Assembly (NCBI RefSeq): GCF_006345805.1 | Contig: NC_042998.1 | Coordinates: 79,236,001-79,300,000, forward strand | Source: Octopus sinensis | Lineage: Eukaryota | Direction: 5' to 3' | Length of the DNA: 64,000 nt | Shown: positions 39,834 to 52,475 of the stretch, one piece after another | Numbering within the stretch: position 1 is the first letter of the stretch | How the letters are laid out: each line of letters starts with the position of its first letter | Notes under the pieces: model-generated | What the model was told of the DNA's origin: nothing | Databases searched by the model: none | What the model saw: only the letters and a program-made list of their open reading frames with translations | Program-made: the position numbers and the translations under genes

Positions 39834-40379
39834 TGTGTGTATACATCTATACATATCATACAGGGACTCATAGTGTTGTTACTGCGAATCTACTGCAGCA
39901 GGGCTTCATCGGCCGAAAAGATAAGTAATGAGAATTTGAATTAGAAACCATTCAAATTACATATGCAATTTCAAAATAACGTCACATAGCCTAAGCAGAC
40001 TGCCAAACTTTCTAATATTCAGATATGTATGTCTATGTGTGTGTATAATAAAAAGGTTAATTTTGAAGTACATTCACAATCACAACAAGTCTTAAACCCC
40101 TGCCGAAAGATTTTTTATGATCTTCTCTGCTGACTGAAATGATCCCAGAGTGTGAATGAAACATGATGTATGGTCCAGATTTAACTACATTTAGAAATAT
40201 TGCATGAGACGGGAAATGTGGACTAGATAGCCTACGGGAATCTAACCACTCAAATGCTATAATTGCTATACTAAAGTAAGCCACCATGTAAGCCATCAAA
40301 TTTAGCACGAATATCATAATGATCGACCACCTACCATATACACACACGTCTATGTGTGTGTGTGTTGGACTCCTTTGTC

Positions 40380-40640
40380 GAAGACGACGTATGACCGTTC
40401 AGCTATTGCCGAACGACCTGCACAAATGATTTGTTTTATATCGGTCAAATGTTAGTGCCGCGCATTAGCTCACTCTTTCCATCAAATCAACGTTGCCTGA
40501 ACAGGTACACGGTATACCACACATCACACATCAGGTATCGAAGTGATCGCAGAGCAACGTGAGATTAAATGTTTGCTCAAGAACACAACGCACCACCTGG
40601 TCTAGGAATTGAAACCAGGATCTCGCGGTCGTGAGAGCAA
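40380..40640 (-). mobile_element. Degenerate tRNA-derived SINE
   Basis: B-box remnant 'ggtttcaattcc' and a CORE-like segment in reverse. Confidence 0.5.
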
Positions 40641-41013
40641 TACATATATTGCTAGAAATCCAGCAGAACTAAAAGAAAAACCCGTCAAAAATATGATTTG
40701 CGCTATCCTAGGTGCAATAACACTTGCCCACAGAAATTCTTAGTTCGTGTCCAGCATGCTGGAAGAGGACTTGAGTGAAGCACTTCTTATTGGGAGTAAA
40801 TATCTTGCTCTGGTTTGTCTCTGGATCGTATCAGTAGGGTGAGGTACTGCGTAAGCCTAATTGAATATAAAGTTTTAGGTTGAGCGAAACCCGGTGAAGC
40901 TGGCTGTGAGTGCAATAACTTCATGCACGGGTATTGTTAACATTCTGCATAGGCAATGGGTCAGCGATGGTATTCCCCGGACACGAGTGGACAACCATTC
41001 TATATATATACAC

Positions 41014-41064
<51 letters not shown>

Positions 41065-41068
<4 letters not shown>

Positions 41069-41330
41069 AATTGCAGCGTGGAAGGTGTTTATAAGCCATT
41101 TAAGAAACACACGAAAACCATTCGATTCACTTCAACAGTTAAATTTAATTTGTAAAAAATATTTTCGTCGCTTTGAGACCACGACAGCACAGAATTTTGT
41201 CAGTGAACAGGTCGCGCTCTCAAAGCGACGAAAATATTTTGACAAATTAAATTTAAATGTTGAAGTGAATCTAACGGTTTTTGTGTGTTTCTTAAATGGC
41301 TTATAAACACTTTCCACGCTGCAATTGTTT
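41065..41330. mobile_element. Palindromic foldback element (~265 bp)
   Basis: ~113-bp arms with few mismatches and a ~38-nt loop; abuts (TA)n. Confidence 0.85.
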
Positions 41331-41356
41331 TCGTTCCATCACACGATCTCAGATGC

Positions 41357-41400
<44 letters not shown>

Positions 41401-41404
41401 TATT

Positions 41405-41722
41405 ATTCTTTTACTCGTTTGAATCAATTGACTGTGGTCATGCTGGAGCAACGCCTTGAAGAGTTTCTATTGAACAATTCGACCCTAAGATATATTTTTA
41501 AGCCTAGTACTTATTCTATCGGTATCTTCACCAACGCCGGTTGTCAAGTGCTGATGGGAAGGAAAAACACAAATACAAGACACACACACACGTAGATATA
41601 TACGTATTATATATATATATATATATAATATATATATGTGTGTGTGCGTGTGTGTATACGACGGGCTTCTATCAGTTTCCGACTACCAAATCCACTCACA
41701 AGGCTTTGGTCGCCCCGAGGCT
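41405..41722 (-). mobile_element. SINE family A, head truncated or interrupted
   Basis: Tail, microsatellite and partial head in reverse. Confidence 0.7.
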
Positions 41723-41802
41723 ATGATTGAATATATATAAAAGCCCTTCCACTCGTAGCCATCTTGGACATTGTGCACCTCCCCGTTCGAATCGAATTTC
41801 CA

Positions 41803-41847
41803 CCGGCCTGAGGAGAGGCCAGGACCTTCGAAACTTGAAGTAGCCGG
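41803..41847 (+). ncRNA. Type I hammerhead ribozyme (canonical)
   Basis: Stem I CCGGC/GCCGG, core CTGAGGA(41808-41814), stem II GAGG/CTTC, GAAA(41830-41833), stem III ACTT-G-AAGT, triplet GUA with predicted cleavage after 41842. Confidence 0.8.
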
Positions 41848-41932
41848 ATTCCGAATCATACCGTTTTGAATAATACATGTAGCTCTAAAATAGATGTGTG
41901 GAGTGCCCTTTCTTTCGTTTGTCCACTCACTC

Positions 41933-41983
<51 letters not shown>

Positions 41984-41996
41984 TGTGTGTGTGTGT

Positions 41997-42200
41997 AGGC
42001 GTAGGAGTGGCCGTGTGGTAAGTAGCTTGCTTACGAACCACATGGTTCTGGGTTCAGTCCCACTGCGCGGAACCTTGGGCAAGTGTCTTCTACTATAGCT
42101 TCGAGCCAACCAAAGCCTTGTGAGTGGATTTGGTAGGCGGAAACTGAAAGAAACCCGTCGTATATATGTATATATGTATGTATGTGTGTGTGTATATGTT
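41997..42200 (+). mobile_element. SINE family A head
   Basis: ggcgtaggagtggccgtgtggtaag... Confidence 0.8.
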
Positions 42201-42339
42201 ATTTTGCTCCAGTACACAACGCGTCGCCCGATCCAGGTATCGAAACTACAATCTTTCAATCATGAGTTCAACACCCCTAAATACTAAGCCATGTGCCCCT
42301 ACTATCATGTAAAGATTCCCTTTAAATCCGTTACACAAA

Positions 42340-42790
42340 ATCTGTAGGAGGATAAGGAGCTGTGATACAACGAGGAATTTCGCATATGTTGTCAAATGTT
42401 TAACGTCTGCAGAACTCCATAAAAAATATACAAAAACAACAAACAGCTGATAGTCAGATGTGTCAATATAAATTGAAATATATTCGTGCGTATCACAAAT
42501 AAAATCAACTCATCTTCCTTCAAAGAATATTTCATTAAATTTGATCAAAAACAGTATTTTACCAGGTTCGATTATTCAGACGAATAGCTATGAAACTTTT
42601 GTTAGTGAACTGTCTACACAAATTTGCGGTCCATGAAATTTACTTAATACAGAGAAGGACAAACAAAATTAAGGTTCCGTTCAGAGAGCGTTTTGATGTA
42701 CTAACAAGAAGTCATGGTCTTATATTCCATATTGGATGAGTATATCTTTGATGATAATTCTAAACTAAAATCATTTTTAGACATTATTGT
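42340..42790 (+). pseudogene. Merlin (IS1016/IS1595-like) DDE transposase remnant
   Basis: NFAYVVKCLTSAEL, LIKNSILPGSIIQT, RTNKI and SILDEYIF occur in the expected order across frameshifts. Confidence 0.5.
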
Positions 42791-42927
42791 ATTATATGGT
42801 CTTTGTTTTTGGCTGTTGCTTTTCTTTATTTGAATCCTTTGACTTGTTCCAGCCATTGAGCAGTAGATTTGTTTCGACAATGTTATTGTTGGTGTTGTTG
42901 TTGTTGTTGCTATTATTATTATTATTA

Positions 42928-42970
<43 letters not shown>

Positions 42971-43047
42971 GTTATTATTGCTATTATTATCATTATTATT
43001 ATTATTGTTGGTGTTGTTGTTGTTGTTGTAGCTATTATTATTATTAC

Positions 43048-43086
<39 letters not shown>

Positions 43087-43147
43087 CCTCATTATTATTA
43101 TTATATTATTATTATTATTATTTTATTATTATTATTATTATTATTAT

Positions 43148-43265
43148 TAGGGCGCTAAGCTGGTAGAATCGTTACTGCGCTGGAAAATTGATTAGCGGCA
43201 TTTCGTCCGTTGTTACGTTCTGATTTCAAATTTCGGTTTCGATTAAATTTCAGGCTTGTGCCTAC
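43148..43265 (+). mobile_element. Deleted SINE family B within (TTA)n
   Basis: Head 'aagctggtagaatcgtta...ttcaaatt'. Confidence 0.6.
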
Positions 43266-43297
43266 AGTAAGGATTATTATTATTATTATTATTATTA

Positions 43298-43381
<84 letters not shown>

Positions 43382-43394
43382 TATTATTATTATT

Positions 43395-44060
43395 ATTACA
43401 TATTGTCTTTGCACAGTTTCTATCGCTGGAGATGTACTACGGTGCCAGCTGTTCACTACCAGTGAACTAAGGTAACACCCCTTATTTTTCGAGCATCATC
43501 TGGAGTCTTCAAGCGGTTCCAAGCAGTGCTGTTTTCTGCAAGTGCTCCACCCTTATTGCTGCCCCTAGTTGTTCCATGTACTTCTCAAGATTTTTACTCA
43601 CCGTTCCCAGGGCTCCGACAATTATTGGTACTACTACCACCTTTTTCAGCGACCACAACTGCTTAACATCCCATGCTAACCTGTTATATCTATCGACTTT
43701 TCTTTCTTTATCACATACCTTGTTGTCAGCTAGGCATGCTATATTTATGATCCAGCATCGTTTGCTTTCTTCCTCAATTAACACTATGCCTGGCTTCCTA
43801 TTCTCTATCTCATGGTCGCACTGAATCATAAAATCCCATAAGATCTTTGCATTATCATTTTCGATGATGCCTTCAGATTTATATTCATATCACTTTATTG
43901 CTCTGCCAAGTCCGTACTTGTTGAAAAGTGTCCAATAGACAATCCTTGCTATATTGTCATGACGTCTTTTATATTCTTTCTGGGCTAGTGGCGTACATTC
44001 ACTAGTAATATGCCATACGGTTTCACCATTTTGTCCACAAATTCTGCACTTACCACTTTC
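43395..44060 (-). mobile_element. R4/Dong-type 3' fragment (CCHC + RLE + 3' UTR)
   Basis: KCRICGQNGETVWHITSEC...RHDNIA...RKPGIV...PIIVGALG...LQKTALLGTA; tail runs into (TAA)/(TGA)n. Confidence 0.8.
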
Positions 44061-44119
44061 TGATGTGTTGTCTATTCTATATTTGATGCAATTGGTTCTT
44101 GTTTTTGTTGTTGTTGCTG

Positions 44120-45200
44120 CTATTTTCTCTTCATCACAGGTTTTGTTGAAGCTCCTGGAGCCTTGTATGCGTAACGGTATGCCTACGGTACCATGCTATT
44201 CGTTCTTTTCAGCTAATACTTTCCTGATTATTCTGGCCGTGCCAAGGAGGCAAACCTCTTGTAACAGTTCTACTGAGTACTTTATTCTAACTTCCTTTAT
44301 ATTCCTCTTGATGCCTTCTGATACTGTTTCCAAGGACCCAAAAATAATTGGCACTGTCTTCACCTTCTTCATTTTCCGTAACCGGCTTATTTAAGAGGGT
44401 TGTATCTATCTAACTTTACGCCTTCTTTCTTGACTATTCGTAGGTTAAAGGGGCATGCAACATCAACAACATAGCATATATGGTGTACCTTGTGGACCAC
44501 CATTAGGTCCGGTCTGGCATGATCTAGCACCTGATCTGTTTGGATAGGGAAGTTCCAGAGGATTTTGCTAGTCTCCGACTCCGCTACTTTCTGCGGTTTA
44601 TACTCATACCACGTCTTGTCCCTTCCTGGCCCCCCACTTTTCGCACAATTTCTAATGTAGCACTTTCACTACATGGTCGTGTCGCCACGACTTGTAGTGG
44701 TTTTGGCCAAGTCTAAGGCATTCGTTCGTGATATCGGTAACGATTTCATCCACTCTGTTGCAAATGCCGCTCAGCGGAGATACTTGCTCATTCCGAATGT
44801 TGCCCCTCCAGTTCGTGGCCAAAGCTTGGTCTTGTGCTGCCAGTATAGTGCTCTCGGTCTCTTTTTTATTGTTCCTTTCATCAGCCAGCCCCACCTAATT
44901 TTCCAGCAACTTCTGTTGTGGCTACATGGAATTGATTGTATAGTCCCTTCTTGCGTAATTCTTCTTCTGGTCCTTTTTGTACTTCTTCCTTTACTTTCCC
45001 TTTTTTCTCTGCTCTCAATATTCCCTAACTGTCACTAGCAAGGCTTCCTAACTTTGGGCTAGGTATCTCATCAAGCTCTCGAGTTCGATACGCACGCAGT
45101 CTTCCACACTCATGAGTACCCTTCCTCCATTTGTTCTCTTCATGTATAAGCGATCAGTATCTGTACGTGGATGATGGACTCCATACATCGTTAGGGGCTT
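44120..45200 (-). mobile_element. Further R4/Dong-type fragments (44120-44400; 44610-45200)
   Basis: VKTVPIIFGSL...CLLGTARIIRKVL; ETESTILAAQDQALATN...RHDHV. Confidence 0.65.
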
Positions 45201-45329
45201 TCTTGACTTCCTGTCCATCTCCTTTAGCTCCTCATCGTTTACTTTTAATCTGCAGATTTGTTACAATCACTTGCCGAGACACCCATCGTCCTAGGGCGAG
45301 TGAAGGATAAGAAATGTTACAGTATAACT

Positions 45330-45520
45330 GAAAGCTTGGAGAGGCGAAGTGGTAGGTGCAATAGCGAAATATCTTCATGTAATACAACACAGACATCTAA
45401 GAATGTGGGCAGTACATGTCAGCACAATCTTTTGGATTTCTCTGAGACATGGTTCTCTTGGGATATTATCTAGATGTTTTTGACATCCCTTTCTTATCAT
45501 GCCTGGGGCACCCGCAATAT
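45330..45520 (-). mobile_element. Short R4/Dong-type 3' end
   Basis: IAGAPGMIRKG...EIQKIVLTCTAHILR. Confidence 0.65.
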
Positions 45521-45523
45521 ACT

Positions 45524-46074
45524 GTGAGAGAGTAACGCATACCATCAAGGTGACACTGGGGTACAAATTTACGAAACTCAATATACCCATCATCACTACC
45601 CGTCTGATAAGAGTACACCAGCACATGCATCACAACCATATGTGCGCGACATGGAGACAAACAGCGCATGACCTTGCAGCGGGGACCATAATAGAATTTT
45701 CTTCAGGTCGAGTAGCCCATCCTGCTCAAATGGTCCCTGAATAAGGGTTATTTAAGAATGTTGAACGAAACACTCATGTTTCCAAAGGTGAATTACTCAA
45801 ACCCCAAAAAATTCCTCTCAAGACATAGCTATGATACTCCCCCACTACTTCTGTTCGTGATCAGAGATGCACATATCATCACCCACCAAGGTTCATGCAA
45901 ATCTGTGGTATTGAGCAGGATATTTGCTGTAGCCCATCTTTTATACTAAGATAAAACAATGTACATGATCACACTTCTAATTATTTAAGATCAGAAGACC
46001 TGTGAGTCAGTGCCTGGTATTGCATTAGGACATTCAGAAGCTATGAGGGCCAATGCGCGGTATTGCATCAGTAA
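45524..46074 (-). mobile_element. ~550-bp non-coding interspersed element, copy 1
   Basis: Colinear with 48068-48620. Confidence 0.7.
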
Positions 46075-46430
46075 TTACTATTATATAATCGTTCAGCATT
46101 TAGTAGTTGAAGCAAATTTCTGCTACACCACCGTGTTGCTGAAGTGTGTGCAGCATTGTGTGTTTTTCTGTTTTGGGGAGTGCACAAACTCTTCCCGGTA
46201 TTGTAATGTGTTAGTTTTTTTTTAAGGTGTGGTGCTGCTTGTATTGTGTGTTGAGTGTGTGATGCGTTGATTATCTAGCTTGTTGGTGGAAGTTTATTTC
46301 ACTGGGTAATTGCTGTATAGAGTGTATCTTGTGTTTGTGAGTTGTTTATTTAGCTTGTATTATTGAACTCATAGTGTCTTGCGTAGGATGTGGGCTGTTC
46401 TTAACAGGGCTATTTTGGGGATCCAGGTAT
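46075..46430 (-). mobile_element. R4/Dong-type 3' end with UTR
   Basis: KIALLRTAHILRKTL* followed by a 3' UTR. Confidence 0.6.
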
Positions 46431-46483
46431 AGCTTCTACGTTTTTGTTCATATGTTTTTTATCATGCCCAATGTTCAAATTAT

Positions 46484-47462
46484 TATTACCACAGCCTTCG
46501 CTAAGGCGGAGGTATTGTTTTCGGTCGTGTTTGTTTGTTTGTTCGTTTGTCCGTGGACAAGATATCTCAAGAACCGCTGGATGGATTCGGATGAAACTTT
46601 CACGGATGTTTGTCCTTGTGACTGGCACGAACTGATTAGATTTTGTGATCGATCCGGTACCGGACAAGGATTCTAGATTATTTGTCATATTTACTTTACT
46701 TTATATGAAGTATTACGATCTCTGATGATATCCCTAGACAAGCACGCTCGTGGTTTCCACGTAAATTATGGCGGCGTTGCTACTTCTAAAGTTTTATTTT
46801 CGTTTCTCTATTACTAATTTTATTCGCGTCTCTATCTTAATAGAAACTGATGGATAAAGAAATCAAACTGCGTAAACAAACGGCAGCAAAACCGTTCAGA
46901 AATTAAATAACATTAACATATTCAGTAACAATAATAAATTTAATTTATCCCCGACAATTTTTAGTTTTACTAATTTTGAATATATAGCTCCTGTTTAAAA
47001 CCTCTTACCTATTTGACAATTGCATTTCTTGCTCTACCTTGAAGAAAGCTTTACTTCTTGGATTCACGCTTTTGTACGCAACGATGTTGCTAAACCTCCC
47101 TTAACAGCATCGTATGCAGTTCCTTTCCGTTTTCTTTCGGGCACGGATAAATTCTTCACTTTTGACCTTAATGGTCGTAAAAACACTTCATAGAGAAAAC
47201 TGTCCCTGTTCACGCCGCAGACGACACACACAAAGCATTACAAACACGGCCCGCAGACCCACTTTCACATTCCATGACTACCATTGGGATCGATCAGGTA
47301 CCAAACAAGGATTCTGGAATATTTTTTGTTTTTTTTTACATAATTTTTGAGAGCGGTTGGGTTCATTTTTAGTATTCTCGTTTGTGAGAGCAGTCGAGTT
47401 TATTTCAGAGGACGTTGGTGTTGCCTTGGCGGAAGTTTGCGCACTCTGGGTGCTCTCTTGTT
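46484..47462 (-). mobile_element. Helentron/DINE-1-like element in two parts (46484-46690, 47286-47462) with ~600 bp of unrelated DNA between
   Basis: Both parts match 37376-37740, and the 'gatc.ggtacc..acaaggattct' segment is present at both junctions. Confidence 0.55.
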
Positions 47463-47625
47463 GATATTGTTTTTACTCTTATGCCCCCACATCTTTAATA
47501 CTTCAATTTCGAGGTCTTCAACAATTTCTCCACTTCTTTTTTTTTTTGACAATATTTTGATCAGAAGGGACTGCAATGTCTATCAGTAAGCAGGTATTTT
47601 TTCCCTCAGTTCTTGATTATTAACA

Positions 47626-47663
<38 letters not shown>

Positions 47664-47699
47664 TATTATTATTATGAAATATTCTCGGATAGTTCTTAA

Positions 47700-47975
47700 T
47701 TGCCAGCTGTTCTCTACTTGAAAGCAGGCAATAACCAATCACCAAAGGTTTCAAGTAGTGCCTTCTCCTGTGACTCAAAGAGACATCACTCTCCTTAGAA
47801 TGCGAGCTGTACCCTACAATGCTGTCTTCTGGATCACTTCGAGCCTGGCAGCAGCTCCAATATTCTTAATATGTTTTTCGAAGCTCTTGGAAACTGCTCC
47901 TCATGCTCCAATTACACCGGTATCATAATTTCTTTCCTCATGTCACATAACTTTCCTATCTTGTCCCGCAGTGGC
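47700..47975 (-). mobile_element. R4/Dong-type 3' fragment between (TTA)n tracts
   Basis: PLRDKIGKLCDMRKEIMIPV..GA...IQKTAL. Confidence 0.55.
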
Positions 47976-48020
47976 TGGTATTCTCATTCTTCTCTGTTTC
48001 CATTATTATTAATATTATTA

Positions 48021-48067
<47 letters not shown>

Positions 48068-48618
48068 GAGTGAGAGAGCAGTTCATGCCATCAAAGTGAC
48101 ACTGGGGTAAAATATACGAAGCCCAATATACCCATCATGACTACCCGTCTGATAAAGGTACACCAGGCACATGCATCACAACCATATGTGCGCGACATGG
48201 TGATCTCATATCAAGATAAACAGCACATGACCTTGCAGGTGGGGCCCAGTTAGAATTTTCTTCAGGTTGAGTAGCCCATCCCGCTCAAACGGTCCCTGAA
48301 TAAGGGTTGTTAAGGATGTTGAAAGAACCACCCATGTTCCAGAGGTGAACTATTCAAACCCCAAAGAATCCCTCTCAACACATGGCTATGATGCTCCCCC
48401 ACTACTTCTGCCAGTGATCGGAGATGCACATATCGTCAGCCACTAAGGGACATGCTCAACTGGTTAGGTCAAACAACTGACAAGCAAATCTGTGGTATTG
48501 AGCAGAATATTTGCTGTAGCCCATCTTTTATACCAAGACAAAACAATGTACATGATAACACTTCCAATCAGTTAAGGTCAGAAGCCATGAGAGCCACTGC
48601 CTGGTACTGCATCAGGGC

Positions 48619-48620
<2 letters not shown>
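48068..48620 (-). mobile_element. ~550-bp non-coding interspersed element, copy 2, with (TTA)n on both sides
   Basis: Colinear with 45524-46074; clean microsatellite junctions. Confidence 0.75.
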
Positions 48621-48686
<66 letters not shown>

Positions 48687-49971
48687 GGGCTGTGGACAAA
48701 CAGAATCGTGAGCGCAACGGGTAAAATTCTTAGCTTCAGTGTCTCAGTTTTAGCATGATTTCTTCAGTTGGATGCTCTTCCTAGCGACAAACACTTAGCA
48801 AAGTGGTGTTTCTTTCAGTGATACTACTGTTAGCGATGTCAACTTGTAAAAGATTTACGAGAAAGAAAGAAGTGTTATGGTTTTCTCGAAAAGATCAGAA
48901 AATACGTCTCGCATCTTCCAGATAGATTCGATTAGTTATATAGCGAAGATTTATATAGCTAAACTTATACTCCCAGATTTTATGTATCAAATTCAGCCAT
49001 ACTTACAAGGTAACACAATTATTTTGATGCAATGTTACAACCACACACCTTATGTCTTTTTCTGCTACCATACAAGGTCAATGTAAACAGCATTTTGTTC
49101 CACTCCATGTATTTTACATTTTGCATTTATGATTTTATATCATATTTTACATCTTATATTATTACAAGTTGTTGACTTCTATATAATACAAATTAAATGC
49201 ATAATGTTACTTGTCACATGGGTTTTGTGAATTTGCATATTCGCACCTACAATGACATATCATTGCATATTTACGTGATCCTGCATACATACACACTTAT
49301 GTATACACATGAAGAACAAATGGACAAATATTGTACATACTAATATTGTAAATGGACTAATATTGTACATTTTCAATTGATTAATATTGTACAGAAATTA
49401 TGTACGCATTACATATGCAATTAACTGTACGTACACGTCAACTCAATTGCTATAATACCATTGTAATACTAGCGATATACTACTCACTAATGAAACACAA
49501 TTGGTGAAAATAAATTAATCAAAGTTGACTAATTTTTAATGAAGTGATATGAAATGTTATACATTATGACAGTGCAGCAGCAACGGCATACAAACTCATA
49601 GGATTTCAAGCTTAAGTTAAACCTAAAAGCAATTCACTTTTATATTACATGATTCATCAAGAAACATCAATGGCTAAAAGAATGCCTTCAGAACAAAGTG
49701 TGATGACACGAGTTTCACTAAAAATCACTCATTCAACGGTCTTCTTTTTGTAAATCCATAAAGGATCGGAGTTAAACCTTTATTGCATACAGATGTGTTC
49801 AAATGGACGAGCTTTGAATCGACTCGCAGACTTGTAAAGAAAACGAATAATGTTTTATCAGAAATTAAATAATCTGTCACAGTGAAAGTTCGCTATGTCA
49901 TTTTTCAGACTTATTAGAGAAGATTAAGAAAATTTATATGTCCCTGCAAGGACATATAAATATTTTCACTT

Positions 49972-50142
49972 TGAACAGTAAAATTCAATTGGTCATAGCA
50001 AGAATAATATAGCAACAGGAAGTACAAAATGATAAATTTCATATATTTTGTTCTAATGAATTAGAACAAGATATATGAAATTTGACATCTCGTACTTCCT
50101 GTTACTATATTATTTTTGTGAACAAATCAATTTTACAGTTCA
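49972..50142. repeat. Imperfect palindrome (~170 bp)
   Basis: Arms centred on 'ttctaatgaattagaa'. Confidence 0.7.
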
Positions 50143-50600
50143 GTTAAGATCATAGTCGAGCATTTGGTATGTATAGAAAAGCAGTTCTGCAAATATTTTC
50201 TATCAGACATAGATAAGTATGTATTAGATTGAATCCAATCGTTTTTTTTTTTTAATTCTCAAGAAGAATTCTTGAAGCTACCAAGAATTTCAAGTCTTAA
50301 ATTTGAGTTTTCAAATTTGAGCGATTTTTTGACTGAGTACGAAATCAAAGTTTTCAATACTATCCAAATTAACAATGGCAGCTTTTCTGCCGTTTCCGTC
50401 CATATGAACTTGCATTTTAAATTTTAACGGCAATAAAGATAAAATTCCGCTCTGCTAGTTAAAAACATAGAAATTAACAGAAATCATATAAATATCAAAA
50501 TACAATTTGATGTATTTTCCTGAAGCAAGCATATCCATTCCACTGAAAATAATACATTGCATAATGATATAATATAATAAAGTGTAATGTAATATACGTT

Positions 50601-50863
50601 TTGCAGCGTGGAAGGCACAAATCAGCCATTCAGAAACAAAGACTACCAACTTCACTTGAATATTTATTTGTAATTTGACGCCAAAAATGTTCGTCACTCG
50701 AAACTGCGATCTGTTCTACTGTGTCTCAGCAGAGAAGCAGCAGCAAATTTTGTTAGAGAACAGATTTCAGTTTCGAGTAACGAAAAACTTTTACACTAAA
50801 TTAAACGAAGTTGATGGCTTTTGCGTGTTTCTGATTGACTAACTTGTGTCTTCCGCCTTGCAA
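50601..50863. mobile_element. Older foldback element related to 41065-41330
   Basis: Same terminus 'ttgcagcgtggaagg' and internal 'ttcgtcactcgaaac'/'gtttcgagtaacgaa' symmetry. Confidence 0.6.
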
Positions 50864-51419
50864 TCGCTTTAATTTCTGCACACTAACTCAGATCAAAACA
50901 CATATTATGAAAGTACATCACTGTAAAATACTTTTTGATACGGGAAAATTTTTTTGTGTAGTCTAATGTTGAATCTACGTTGTCTCATATTTTCTAAATT
51001 AGTGTCTTATTAGAATTTAGTGTCTTATAAACAATTTCACGGACAGTATATTCCTTTATTATCGATTGGATTTTATAAGAGTGAAAGAGTTTCGGCAAAA
51101 AAAGTGGCCGCAGGGAGAGGAAAAAATAAGGAACAATGATATGCAATAACTTCCAATGAGAAGCATCAAAACAAACATTTACAGAATAAGCACGCGCGCA
51201 CACACATAAACACACACACACACACATATACACACTCATACACGTACACGCAAGCATACACTGAAAATTACCCTCATATATATTCACACACAATCATAGA
51301 ACATACAAAATGAATGACGCAAACAAGACGTTATCTTTTTTTAATAAATTAAAAATCTGTTAAGACCTTCAATTTCAAGATATACATAATTAAATACACA
51401 CATACACATAAATATACAC

Positions 51420-51879
51420 ATATATTAAATACATACATACATGCTTGCATGCATGCATACATACATACATACATACATACATACATACATACATACATAC
51501 ATACATACATGCATGCATGCATATATACACACATACATTTGCGGATGATTATGTGCGTGTTTTTGTATATATATTTGTATGCATGCATATATATGTATGC
51601 ATACGCCTGTTATTTTCAGGCAAATATGCATGCAAAAGTACATACAGATATACCCATTCATATATACCTGCATATACGCATACAGAGATGCACACATAAA
51701 TATATACACGCACATACATGCATACATACATACATACGTACATACATACATGGTTACATACATACATACATATACACACATACACGTACATACATACATA
51801 CATACATACATACATACATACATACACATCTACATACATACACATTTACATCCACACACACACACATGTATATATATGT

Positions 51880-51964
<85 letters not shown>

Positions 51965-51965
51965 A
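51420..51965. repeat. Compound (ATAC)/(TA)/(TG) microsatellite
   Basis: Direct read. Confidence 0.9.
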
Positions 51966-52439
51966 ACATAAATAAAAAGAAGAGAAACTACACGTAACAA
52001 GAGATGTGGAGACGGTCCTAAATTGGCTTTAGAAGTAATTGCGTTATGTTTAAATAAGCTGTTAGATTAAGCAGTTATCACACCAAAGACCCTTTCCCTC
52101 CCCCTCTCTTCCTCTCTTCCTCTCTCTTTCTCTCCATCCCTCCCTCTCTTTCTCTCTCTCTCTCTCTCTCACACGTGGCACGCGTGTATCATGTATGTTA
52201 CTTTTCCTTTCTCATTCTGTCTGTTTCGCTTTCTTTGTTTTGATTTTGTTTCTTCTACCTTATTTATTTATATGTTATTTCAATCGTTTAATTTCATTTT
52301 CAGCTATTAGTTTCAATCTCTGAATCTTTATCTTCTTTCCTTGTGTTAAAACTGCAGAAACTGTGAGACATAAGGAAATAGATAGGAAGAGATAGTGTTT
52401 TCACTGACACACTACCATCACTACTACCACCACCACCAA

Positions 52440-52475
<36 letters not shown>

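Noticed and set aside
40845-40905. Possible hammerhead (hairpin then GAAACCCGGT)
   Set aside because: The CUGANGA core is absent and position 17 is G.
48560-48620. HDV-like ribozyme at the end of the 550-bp element
   Set aside because: A P1-like pairing exists, but I could not build P1.1, P3 or the catalytic J4/2 strand.
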